Shown piece by piece: positions 8,524 to 17,090 of a stretch of DNA of 23,839 nt. Source of the DNA: a candidate division WOR-3 bacterium (GTDB taxonomy: Bacteria; Hydrothermota; Tepidihabitantia; Tepidihabitantales; Tepidihabitantaceae); contig JBDRUH010000019.1 of assembly GCA_039801225.1 (NCBI GenBank), forward strand, positions 292-24,130. Direction: 5' to 3'. The notes beneath the pieces were generated by a model. The model saw only the letters and a program-made list of their open reading frames with translations. It was not told the origin of the DNA and ran no database searches. The position numbers were made by a program, and so were the translations under genes. How positions within the stretch are numbered: the stretch's first letter is position 1; each line of letters opens with the position of its first letter.

Positions 8524-9786
8524 GTGGCAACCTCAATAATTCTCGTAGCATTATTTATCGGTGTTTTAATAACCTTCCATGAGTTCGGTCATCTTATCGC
8601 AGCAAAACTTTCCCGTATTCCGGTGGAATCTTTTTCCATCGGATTCGGTCCGGTTCTTATTAAAAAGAAAATCGGCGAAACTGAGTACCGGCTTTCCCTG
8701 GTCCCGCTTGGTGGATATATCAAAATGGTGGGCGAAGAAAAACCCGAAGATGACGGTTTTTCCGCTAAGCCGCTGGGCACAAGAATTGCGGTTGTTGCTG
8801 CCGGACCGGCGAGCAACCTCGTTCTTGGCTTTCTGATTCTCGTAATAATGTTTCTCATATTCGGGGTAAAATTCCTGGCTCCGGTTGTCGCGCCGTTACC
8901 CGATTCCAACGCGCAAATTGCTGGATTACTTCCCCGGGACATAATCGTTAAAGCCGCAGGTGAAACCATCCCTGATTTTGCCACCTTTACCAGAATCGCT
9001 CAGGTAAATATCGGCAAGGAAATTCCTCTAATTGTCCTTCGGGAGGGGAAACTTGTTACCCTTAACTACCAGGTGCCCACCGAATCGCTGGATATAAAAC
9101 CCCTCCTTCTGCCAATTATTGACCGGGTCCGCTCCAATAGTCCGGCAGCAAAACTGGGTCTCAAACCCGGTGATAAAATTGTTACCGTTGCCGGAGTTGA
9201 AGTGAAAGAGTGGGAAGATTTTGTTAATGTGGTAATGGAGAACGGCGGGGTCAAAATTCCCATTACCTATCAACGGGGCGAAACGCTTTTTTACGATTCG
9301 ATCACGCCCTCACTCCAACAGGATGCGATTTCCAATGAGCGATTTGGTCAGATTGGCGTCTGGCTTCGATTACCAAGACGCTCATTAAATCTTTACCAAG
9401 CCATTTTTGAAGCGACCCGGCGCACCGTTTATATCACCGGGCAAACATTTGTCATCATTTATAAAGTGATCACCCGAAAGATTTCCACCCGGGCTATTGG
9501 CGGCCCGATAATGGTCGCCAAGATCGCTTACGAAGGTGCCAGTTGGGGAGCAGAATATTTCCTTGCCTTATGGGCTCTTCTCTCCATAAACCTCTTCGTG
9601 GTGAATATGCTACCCATCCCGGTGCTGGATGGTGGACGCATCTTACTTGACCTCGTTGGTGGGGTTAGGCGCCGCCGTCTCTCAGAGAAGGAGTATGCCT
9701 GGGCGTCTAATATCGGCTGGGTGCTAATCGGTATCCTTATTATTTTCACAATTCTCAATGACATAATCCGCCTGATTCAGAAGTAG
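8524..9786 (+). CDS. rseP: RIP metalloprotease RseP (M50, two PDZ-like domains)
   Basis: HEFGH, FSIGFGP, PLGGYIKM, AGPASN, NMLPIPVLDGG. GTG start at 8524 follows AAGGAG (8511-8516). Canonical dxr-rseP synteny. Confidence 0.95.
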   Translation: MATSIILVALFIGVLITFHEFGHLIAAKLSRIPVESFSIGFGPVLIKKKIGETEYRLSLVPLGGYIKMVGEEKPEDDGFSAKPLGTRIAVVAAGPASNLVLGFLILVIMFLIFGVKFLAPVVAPLPDSNAQIAGLLPRDIIVKAAGETIPDFATFTRIAQVNIGKEIPLIVLREGKLVTLNYQVPTESLDIKPLLLPIIDRVRSNSPAAKLGLKPGDKIVTVAGVEVKEWEDFVNVVMENGGVKIPITYQRGETLFYDSITPSLQQDAISNERFGQIGVWLRLPRRSLNLYQAIFEATRRTVYITGQTFVIIYKVITRKISTRAIGGPIMVAKIAYEGASWGAEYFLALWALLSINLFVVNMLPIPVLDGGRILLDLVGGVRRRRLSEKEYAWASNIGWVLIGILIIFTILNDIIRLIQK

Positions 9787-9804
9787 GAGCCACTTCAACT
9801 AAAT

Positions 9805-11040
9805 ATGAAAATTTTGGCGGTTGCTTTGGCTGAGGAGGAGCAAAGATTTGTAAAAGGTTACCCACCCAAAGGCGCCTGGCTATTCTTAACACCCAATTTA
9901 GAAATCTCACGCCTCGCAGCACTTTGCACCGAAGATGAGTTCATCTACCTTGATGAACGGATTGCCGAAATTAAACCGGGGGGCGAATTTGACCTCGCCG
10001 TTATTCTTGTCAACTTTGGGCAGGGTATCTCTGCCCGTCTTGTTGCTGAAAAGTTAGCCCAGATTAACCCCCAAGTGGTGCTTTTCGGACCGCAGGTCAC
10101 CGCTTGGGGAACCAATTTACCGGAATGGGTCTCCCATGCGGTCATAGGAGACATTACCAATGTCTGGGATGAAATCCGGGCCGATTCAGCAAAGAGATCC
10201 CTTAAACCGCTTTACAAATCCCCTCCCCAACCCCGATACATCCCATTAAAAACCGGACTGGGAAACCCATATCTGATGAACACCAAATATCAGGCGATGC
10301 AATTCATCCGGGGATGTGCCTGCCCCTTCCAATTTCGCCACCTCTGTCCGCAATATCTTTATTATGGCAATAGTATGTTACATAGAAAAAAAGAGGAGAT
10401 TCTCGGCGAACTCCTTTCTCTTCCAGGAAAGCATATTCAGCTTCTTGATGAAGACATCGCCCGCTTTCCGGATTACTACTATGAAATCTTTTCCCTTCTC
10501 TGGAATTACCCCCGCTACTGGACGGTGCAGGCAGGTGAGGAAATCTTCAACCACCCCCGTCTCATCTGGCTACTCGCCAAAGCCGGAACAAAAATAATTT
10601 TCTTAAACGATACCTTCCTTACTCCTTACCTAAAACCTGCCCTTGAGGACGCCAAAGTGGTAAAATGGCTCTACCGCCGGGTAAAGTCGCTTCAGACGCA
10701 AAGAATGCTGGTGGGTGCAAAACTCAATCTCTCAATTTTTAACCAAGACTTTGCTCTTATTGCCGACATCCTCTGCCGCATTGACCTTGATTTATTAGAA
10801 ATTAGATTCACTCAGCCCGGACCAGATGGCAGGGAGACAATAGTTCCCTTAACCTATCGCCCCAATCTCCAACCCGACAGCCCCCTCTGGATAAAAAGCC
10901 GTTTTTATGCCATAGATACACTTTTGGACCGGTTCATTCGCCGACCCCGCCGAGTAGGCTTCCATTCAACCATTTGGTTCTTAATTCCTTATAGCCTCGC
11001 CTACCGCCAGAACTTCCTTGAAGGGGTCGCCTATCCTTAA
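9805..11040 (+). CDS. Divergent B12-binding/radical SAM-like protein lacking canonical CxxxCxxC
   Basis: RBS AGGAG upstream. Layout matches B12-radical SAM proteins (YLDER, VVLFGPQVT, AVIGD, QFIRGC, LLDEDI, WTVQA, LAKAGT), but the Cys motif is C-A-C-PFQFRHL-C. Confidence 0.6.
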   Translation: MKILAVALAEEEQRFVKGYPPKGAWLFLTPNLEISRLAALCTEDEFIYLDERIAEIKPGGEFDLAVILVNFGQGISARLVAEKLAQINPQVVLFGPQVTAWGTNLPEWVSHAVIGDITNVWDEIRADSAKRSLKPLYKSPPQPRYIPLKTGLGNPYLMNTKYQAMQFIRGCACPFQFRHLCPQYLYYGNSMLHRKKEEILGELLSLPGKHIQLLDEDIARFPDYYYEIFSLLWNYPRYWTVQAGEEIFNHPRLIWLLAKAGTKIIFLNDTFLTPYLKPALEDAKVVKWLYRRVKSLQTQRMLVGAKLNLSIFNQDFALIADILCRIDLDLLEIRFTQPGPDGRETIVPLTYRPNLQPDSPLWIKSRFYAIDTLLDRFIRRPRRVGFHSTIWFLIPYSLAYRQNFLEGVAYP

Positions 11041-11041
11041 A

Positions 11042-11112
11042 TTAGTTTATAGTTTTGGGTTGTAAGTTGGTAGTTAATAACCAAGAACCATGAACTAAAA
11101 ACTATGAACTAA
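11042..11112. repeat. Inverted pair of 5 x 7-bp arrays between convergent genes (possible bidirectional terminator)
   Basis: Left arm ttagttt atagttt tgggttg taagttg gtagtta. Right arm reverse complement ttagttc atagttt ttagttc atggttc ttggtta. 25/35 identities by hand count. Confidence 0.75.
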
Positions 11113-11340
11113 CTCCACCCGGGTAACCTCAGGCACCTCCTCTTTAAGCCGCTGTTCAACTCCATAGGCGAGCGTAAACCGGGAAAATTCACAATGGGCA
11201 CAGGCACCCTTCAACCGCACCTTCACTACACCCTCATCCCCTACCTCAACCAGTTCAATCTCGCCGCCATCCATCACAATTCCCGGACGGATCTTTTCCT
11301 CAATCACTCGCCTTATTTTCTCTTTAATCTCTTCGGTCAT
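11095..11340 (-). CDS. NifU C-terminal domain (Nfu-type) Fe-S carrier protein
   Basis: IRPGIVMDGGEIELV...VKVRLKGACAHC...TLAYGVEQRLKEEVPEV. Start overlaps the stop of the upstream gene (ATGA). Confidence 0.92.
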   Translation of the reverse strand: MTEEIKEKIRRVIEEKIRPGIVMDGGEIELVEVGDEGVVKVRLKGACAHCEFSRFTLAYGVEQRLKEEVPEVTRVELVHSF

Positions 11341-12404
11341 TTTTGTTCCTTTCCATTATTTTTATTCTTTTTATACTTATCTGCCCTGCCTCCTTTATCT
11401 TTCCCACCTACAATCCTCCATTCGGCTAAATCTTCGTCCTTAATTGCTTTGCAAGAAAAGACCTTCTCGCCACTCAATATCTTTACCGCCTTTCCTTTGG
11501 GATTATCACAATAACGGGCACACATCCGGGCGGCGAGTTCCATATCCTTTTTTGTCACCTTCTTTGTCTTGAGAACCGCTACCGGTCCCTGAATCTCTAC
11601 TGGTTTAAATAACAAACCATTATTACGCGCCAAATCCTCTAAGACCTTATTTTCCTTCTCATTTCTCCCAATGATGACTCTTGCGCCACTTTTCAACCGG
11701 AAGTGCCGTCCGTATTTAAGCCACTCAATTTCACCCCATGTCAACTCCTGATGGGTAACCGCGTCCCGGCATCGGGCAGCAAAATTGCTATCGGTTAAGA
11801 GGCAACCAGCACCGGGAATTGGGTAATCCACAATTCCTAACTCCCGGGCAAGCCTCATCTGCTGGTGTCGACTTCCACCATGAAAATCGAGCAACCGCTC
11901 CCGCCGAATGAGACCACTCAATTCCGGAAGAGTCGGTTCAAGTATCTTGGCGGAAAGGGGGCGCACCAACCTACTTCCGAGCCCGCTAATCCTTTCCAAC
12001 AGTTTCAGCGAACGCTTGTTCTGAGAAAATGGTTGCTGCCCCAAAACCTCGCCGGTGAATACAAAATCCGCCTTGATTTCCTTCATCAACTCCCTTGCCT
12101 TCCTCAGCATCCAGCCCATACAGTCAATGCAAGGAGCCATCTCCCGAATATAACCAAACTCTGGATTCCGGATCAGTTCAAGATAACTCTCATCGGCTTG
12201 AATTGAGAGTAAACTTGCCCCAATCAAATCGGCCATGGTCTGCAAATATTCATCACTGGGAACCCGCCCTGGCACGGGAAACGGCAGTTTAAAATTCAGT
12301 GCGACAATAGCAACTCCCTGCTCCGCGAGCAATTTCGCGGCCAGGATGCTATCCAGGCTTCCGGAAAAGAGTCCTATCGCTTTTGATTTACGGCTGTGAA
12401 TCAC
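11337..12404 (-). CDS. ThiI/MnmA-related PP-loop tRNA sulfur-modification protein with DUF814-like C-terminus
   Basis: AIGLFSGSLDS (PP-loop variant), PCIDC, FTGEVLGQQPFSQ, RPLSAK, GCLLTD, GRHFRL...GRNEKEN. GGGAG RBS before the GTG. Confidence 0.75.
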   Translation of the reverse strand: MIHSRKSKAIGLFSGSLDSILAAKLLAEQGVAIVALNFKLPFPVPGRVPSDEYLQTMADLIGASLLSIQADESYLELIRNPEFGYIREMAPCIDCMGWMLRKARELMKEIKADFVFTGEVLGQQPFSQNKRSLKLLERISGLGSRLVRPLSAKILEPTLPELSGLIRRERLLDFHGGSRHQQMRLARELGIVDYPIPGAGCLLTDSNFAARCRDAVTHQELTWGEIEWLKYGRHFRLKSGARVIIGRNEKENKVLEDLARNNGLLFKPVEIQGPVAVLKTKKVTKKDMELAARMCARYCDNPKGKAVKILSGEKVFSCKAIKDEDLAEWRIVGGKDKGGRADKYKKNKNNGKEQK

Positions 12405-12475
12405 AAAGCACTCCCTTGAAAACGGGATAAAACTTTACTAACGAACTCAATTTAAAACCCTCAACCATTCGTTTA

Positions 12476-12503
12476 ATTCTACTATTATAGTTTACCAAGT
12501 CAA
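12476..12503 (-). promoter_or_regulatory. Putative sigma70 promoter for the PP-loop/nfu operon
   Basis: Minus strand TTGACT (12503-12498), 16 nt, TAGAAT (12481-12476). Confidence 0.6.
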
Positions 12504-12574
12504 GCAACCGCAATAAGAGGTTGTCAAACACTCAAAATAAGAGTGGTCGCCGGTTAATCTTATGCTTAGGTCAC

Positions 12575-14995
12575 TCAAATTCTCACCCGACGAAGGCGCA
12601 GCGAGTTTGTTACCACATTGATTGAAGAGAGTGCCATTGCGGTCTCGGCGATAATCGGATGAAGCAGCCCGAGCATCGCCAAAGGGATAGCGAGGAGATT
12701 ATAGAAGAGCGCCCAGAACAAGTTTTCTTTTATTTTTCTGAAAGTGGCACGGGCAAGTCTAACGCTAGAAACCACGCCTGAAAGTTCACCGCGGACGAGT
12801 GTAATATCGCTGGCAGCAATTGCCACATCGGTGCCGGTGCCGATCGCAATGCCCACATCAGCAGACTTTAGTGCTGGGGCATCATTGATGCCGTCGCCCA
12901 CCATCGCTACTCTACCAAACTCCTTTTTCAAACTTTCTATTGTCGCCAGTTTTTCCTCCGGCAGGAGTCCGGCAACAAACCTTTCAATTCCCACTTCGCG
13001 GGCGATGGCTTGGGCAGTCTTGGGGTTATCACCGGTAAGCATTATCGGGACGATGCCGAGTTTTTTTAATTCTCCTATCGCCTTTGCCGAGTCCGGTTTC
13101 GGTGTATCAGCAACGCCCAGAATTCCGAGAGGCTTTCCTCCCAGTGCCAGATAAAGCACCGTCTTAGTCTCCTCCTGGAGTTGAAGCGCAAGAAGGGTAA
13201 GTGGTTCGGGTGATATCCCGTTTTCGGCCAAAAGTTCCGCCTTCCCTAAAACCGCTTTTTCGCCCTCAACTTTTCCGACTACGCCCTTTCCTAAAATGGC
13301 GGTTATTTCGGTTGCCGGAAACGGTGTTATGCCCCAGGCGGTTGCGCCTTCTAATATCGCCCGGGCGAGCGGATGCTCTGAGCCCTGCTCAAGGCTGGCG
13401 GCGACGGCAAGCAACTTTTGGCGGTCAACTCCCGGGAGGGGAATCACATCAGTAAGTGCTGGTTTGCCTCTGGTTATGGTGCCAGTCTTGTCAAACACAA
13501 TCGCCCGCACCGCCTCCAGGGTTTGCAGCGCCTCACCCGAGCGGAATAAGAGTCCGCTCTCCGCTCCTTTACCCGTAGCAACCATCAACGCCGTCGGTGT
13601 AGCAAGACCAAGCGCGCAGGGGCAGGCGATAACCAAGACCGCGACACCGGCAAAAAGGGCGAGCGAAAAGGGAAGAAGTTCCGGGTTTACCCACGGGAGA
13701 TACTGATGCGCCCAGAAAAGGAAAGGTCGCAGATTAGCAGCGAAGAAAAACCAGCCAAGAGCGGTAATAAGCGCCAACCCGAGGACCACGGGCACAAACC
13801 AAGCGGTAACTCGGTCGGCAAATGCTTGAATCGGAATCTTTCTGCCCTGCGCCTCCTCCACCAAGCGAATAACCTGAGCGAGAAATGTCTCCTTGCCCAC
13901 TCGGGTAACCTGAACTTTGATAAAACCGGTCTGGTTAATGGTCGCACCGATAACCTCATCACCAGGTTTTCGCTCCACTGGCAGTGATTCACCGGTAGCG
14001 ATTGATTCGTCAATCGTGGTTTCGCCCTCAATTATTCTGCCGTCAGTGGGGATTTTTTCACCGGGGCGGATAAGCATCACATCACCCACCTTTAACCGGT
14101 TCACCGGTATCTCGGTTTCTCTGCCGTCAACGAGGATTCGGGCGGTTCGGGCGCCCAGACTGAGTAGCCTCCTTATCGCCTGTGCTGACCTGCCTTTTGC
14201 CCTTGCCTCAAGATACCTGCCAGTTAAATAAATTGCCATAAGCATACCCGCCACCCGTCCGAGATTTTCCACCTCAAGACCGAAGAGAACTAAAATCCCG
14301 GAAAAAAGCGCGGCAGTTATGCCGAGGGTGATTAATACATCCATTGTTGCTGAACGCGCCTTAATTGACCCGAATGCGCCTTTGAGCGTCTGCCAGCCTG
14401 GACCAAAAAGAACTGCCGCACCTAAAACAATTTCAATTGTGGTCATTACTCTCATCGGCAGATGAAAAATCTCTAAAAGATGCAGTGCCATAAATAACAT
14501 TCCCGGTGCGGTAAGAATCCAAGCCCAGACCATCCGCAATTTCACCTGTTGCATTTCCTGGCTAACCGCCTCCGTTTCTTCAACCTTTCCTTTACGAACT
14601 TCATACCCGAGAGCAGTGATTGTCTTTGCCAGTTCGGTAAACGGAGTTACCTCGGGGTCAAACTCAACTACCGCCTCTTCCGCAGCAAAGTTTACCTGGG
14701 CGACTTTCACTCCGGGTAGGCGATTGAGCGCCTTTTCAATCGTCACCGCACAGCCGGCGCAGGACATACCGCCAATACCGGCTACCACCGTTTCGGTCTT
14801 TCTCAAAGTGGGCTTTCTCGCTGCGATTCTTTCAGACTGAAGATATTTCCCTGGCTCTTTTTGAAACCGGCGCAGGCAATTCTCATTGCAGAAATAGTAA
14901 ATTCTGCCCTTGTATTCCCATTTTCCTTTCTCTTTACCCTCTATCACCTCCATCCCACAAACCGGGTCAATGTGAATTAAAGGATTGGGGGGCAT
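12575..14995 (-). CDS. copA: Cu(I)-translocating P1B-type ATPase with N-terminal YHS/TRASH and HMA domains
   Basis: DPVCGM...YYFCNENC (YHS); GMSCAGC (HMA); [33 protein letters not shown] and MALSS Cu(I) subgroup signatures. Confidence 0.95.
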   Translation of the reverse strand: MPPNPLIHIDPVCGMEVIEGKEKGKWEYKGRIYYFCNENCLRRFQKEPGKYLQSERIAARKPTLRKTETVVAGIGGMSCAGCAVTIEKALNRLPGVKVAQVNFAAEEAVVEFDPEVTPFTELAKTITALGYEVRKGKVEETEAVSQEMQQVKLRMVWAWILTAPGMLFMALHLLEIFHLPMRVMTTIEIVLGAAVLFGPGWQTLKGAFGSIKARSATMDVLITLGITAALFSGILVLFGLEVENLGRVAGMLMAIYLTGRYLEARAKGRSAQAIRRLLSLGARTARILVDGRETEIPVNRLKVGDVMLIRPGEKIPTDGRIIEGETTIDESIATGESLPVERKPGDEVIGATINQTGFIKVQVTRVGKETFLAQVIRLVEEAQGRKIPIQAFADRVTAWFVPVVLGLALITALGWFFFAANLRPFLFWAHQYLPWVNPELLPFSLALFAGVAVLVIACPCALGLATPTALMVATGKGAESGLLFRSGEALQTLEAVRAIVFDKTGTITRGKPALTDVIPLPGVDRQKLLAVAASLEQGSEHPLARAILEGATAWGITPFPATEITAILGKGVVGKVEGEKAVLGKAELLAENGISPEPLTLLALQLQEETKTVLYLALGGKPLGILGVADTPKPDSAKAIGELKKLGIVPIMLTGDNPKTAQAIAREVGIERFVAGLLPEEKLATIESLKKEFGRVAMVGDGINDAPALKSADVGIAIGTGTDVAIAASDITLVRGELSGVVSSVRLARATFRKIKENLFWALFYNLLAIPLAMLGLLHPIIAETAMALSSINVVTNSLRLRRVRI

Positions 14996-15042
14996 AACTA
15001 TTAGACAAACATTTCCTCAAACCGGGTGCGGTTCAGAAGGAT

Positions 15043-15258
15043 TTAGTTTTTAATACGGCACTTTGGAGGTAGCCCCAAAATCATCGCTAGCGCCTTTTCT
15101 ACCCGCCGGCGCCTGGTTTCGGGCTTCTTTGCCTCAACAATATATTCAATATACTCCTGTTGATGAGCGGGAGGCAAACTGAAAAATTTCTTCTCAGCCG
15201 ACCGGTTTTTCTTAAACGCAGCCACCAGTTCTGCCGGAATATTTATTTCGCCCTTCAA
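15043..15258 (-). CDS. Small YdeI/OmpD-associated (OmdA)-domain protein
   Basis: IPAELVAAF...FFSLPPAHQQEYIEYIVEAKKPETRRRRVEKA matches the OmdA domain pattern. The ORF-track ATG lies inside the tRNA, so TTG 15258 is the likeliest start; no clear RBS. Confidence 0.7.
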   Translation of the reverse strand: MKGEINIPAELVAAFKKNRSAEKKFFSLPPAHQQEYIEYIVEAKKPETRRRRVEKALAMILGLPPKCRIKN

Positions 15259-15281
15259 TTTATATTCAGCAAAAATTAAAA

Positions 15282-15367
<86 letters not shown>

Positions 15368-15393
15368 GTTATTTTCAGTGCCAGAAGTTCAAA

Positions 15394-15421
15394 AGTATAA
15401 ACCTTTAGTTCAACCGGTCAA
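15394..15421 (-). promoter_or_regulatory. Putative sigma70 promoter for tRNA-Ser
   Basis: Minus strand TTGACC (15421-15416), 16 nt, TATACT (15399-15394). Confidence 0.65.
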
Positions 15422-15426
15422 ATGGA

Positions 15427-15549
15427 ACGGAAAAGACAAAAGGAAAAGTAGAGTTCATAGACCAGTCGTTTAATCAATTTTGTTGGCAGCGGCAATTCCC
15501 GCTGGAGTGAAAAATTTGCCCTTTTAGTTTTGCCCTTTGACTTTGGCAC
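15427..15549. repeat. Inward-facing 7-bp arrays flanking a small hairpin
   Basis: acggaaa agacaaa aggaaaa (15427-15447); CAGCGG/CCGCTG stem (15487-15504); tttgccc ttttagt tttgccc tttgact ttggcac (15515-15549). Confidence 0.6.
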
Positions 15550-15564
15550 TGCATTCTGTTGCAC

Positions 15565-16299
15565 TCACCTCTTCAATTCTGTTAGAACCATCTGCCGGAA
15601 TTTCAGGGCGAGGTCATCGTCAGATTTAATTTTCAAGACCTCTTCGGCACATTTCAGCGCCTCATCATATCTTTTTAGGCAGTATAAGGCAAACCCTTTG
15701 TCATGCCATGCTGGAGCAAACTTCGGGTCGATCTCTAATGCCTTATCATAACACTCCAGCGCCTGCTCATGATGCCCGAGCCTTCCCAATACCGCACCTT
15801 TGCTCCGCCAGGTTTCGGCATCATTTGGATTTAGCCGCAGCGCCTCATCATAACAAAAGACCGCATCTTGATATCGCCCAAGGGTCCTTAAGGCAATACC
15901 CTTTTCCCGCCAGGCATCGGCAAGTTTTGGATTCAGCCGCAATGCCTCCTCATAACAGGAAACCGCATCGCGATGGCGACCGAACTCAACCAGAAGATTT
16001 CCTTTATTGTAAAAGCATTCAGCATAGTTTGGATTTAGCCGCAACGCCTTTTCATAACAATTAAGTGCCTCCTGATGCCGGGCAAGTTTATAGAGAATTA
16101 CCCCCTTTTTATTCCAGGCATCAGCAATGTTCGGATTTAACCGCAAAGCCTTATTAAAAAAAGAGAGCGCCTCTTCATAACGACCAAGTTTATATAAGGA
16201 ATCCCCTTTGCTGACAAGTTCACGAACCTTCCGCCCCGGGTCTCTTTTCGTCAATTTCGTCTTATTCTTCTTCTTACGAAACAACTTGAACAAACCCAT
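15565..16299 (-). CDS. Tetratricopeptide repeat protein (about 6 TPRs)
   Basis: 34-aa repeats W..KG..L..LGR..EA..CY..AL.LNP; GAGGGGG RBS; basic N-terminus. Confidence 0.92.
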   Translation of the reverse strand: MGLFKLFRKKKNKTKLTKRDPGRKVRELVSKGDSLYKLGRYEEALSFFNKALRLNPNIADAWNKKGVILYKLARHQEALNCYEKALRLNPNYAECFYNKGNLLVEFGRHRDAVSCYEEALRLNPKLADAWREKGIALRTLGRYQDAVFCYDEALRLNPNDAETWRSKGAVLGRLGHHEQALECYDKALEIDPKFAPAWHDKGFALYCLKRYDEALKCAEEVLKIKSDDDLALKFRQMVLTELKR

Positions 16300-16384
16300 T
16301 ATCCCCCCTCTTATCTCCTTTTCTTGAAGTATTATGCACGCACTTCTCTCCTACTTGAAAACCTAAATCTCTGCCCATCGTCTA

Positions 16385-16413
16385 AATATGCCTAAATCTG
16401 ATATTAAAGTCAA
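16385..16413 (-). promoter_or_regulatory. Putative promoter for the TPR gene
   Basis: Minus strand TTGACT, 17 nt, CATATT. The -35 context is duplicated 20 bp upstream (aagtcaagcccatt 16407-16420; aagtcaaatccatt 16427-16440). Confidence 0.4.
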
Positions 16414-16449
16414 GCCCATTGGGTATAAGTCAAATCCATTTGCGACATT

Positions 16450-16560
16450 TTGGTTTTTTTCAAGAAGTATTTTATTGGGCTTTTAGGGCACTCTGCTAAA
16501 GCAGAAGTTTTTCCACCTGGTTGTCCTGGTGTTGGGTTTCACTTTTAAGAAAATCTTCAT
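16450..16560 (-). pseudogene. Probable decayed DUF167/UPF0235 (YggU-like) gene
   Basis: ATG 16560 gives MKIFLKVKPNTR; a shifted frame gives DNQVEKLLL*..KA; shifting back gives NKILLEK. These resemble the DUF167 'VKVKPN...VEK' and 'KAN..LL' segments. 3' boundary uncertain. Confidence 0.45.
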
Positions 16561-17038
16561 CCTGAATCTTTTCTACTTTACCTTATCTTTCTTTCCCTAT
16601 GCCTGTCAAAGATACCCCTACTTTTAGACCCCAACCCCTTAGAAAATTAACGGCTGAGTTTACAAGACTCGGATTATCAAATATTTAGAAGAAATAGGCT
16701 TCCCGTTCCCCCTACCGCTCCCTCTCCTGCCTCCTTTTTAACCTTATTTGTTACTTTTTTAATTCAATCCCTTTTCGTTTTTTACCCTCTTTTTCTTTTA
16801 ACCACGATTAAAAAGGCGGTTTTTCGCCCGCATTGAAAATTGTCAATAACCTTTAGTCGGACTTTTGTTTTGATTATTAGTTTTAATAATCCTCTTGGTT
16901 TTGCCGTTGATTTTCTCCTAAGAGGTGTTGCGGGAATCGGTTTTATAAACTTTCCCGACGCTGTCTTTGGTTTTTTATTGGACCTGTTGAGTAGTTGTCT
17001 TTCAACCGATTTTGTCAATTGTGATATTAAGTATTGTC

Positions 17039-17066
17039 TTGACTTTTCCCATTATGTTTTTAATCT
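17039..17066 (+). promoter_or_regulatory. Putative promoter for glyA-eno
   Basis: TTGACT (17039-17044), 16 nt, TAATCT (17061-17066); AAGGAG RBS at 17078-17083. Confidence 0.5.
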
Positions 17067-17090
17067 TATAAAAATTTAAGGAGTTTAACT

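Noticed and set aside
16782..17079. Overlapping 78-aa (-, Lys-rich) and 79-aa (+, Phe-rich) ORFs
   Set aside because: Both have TTG starts without an RBS, and their composition simply mirrors the T-rich plus strand. No family motif. A small basic protein cannot be fully excluded.
16300..17090. ZTP, THF or glycine riboswitch upstream of glyA
   Set aside because: No recognisable aptamer consensus, and the best promoter leaves only about 18 nt of leader.
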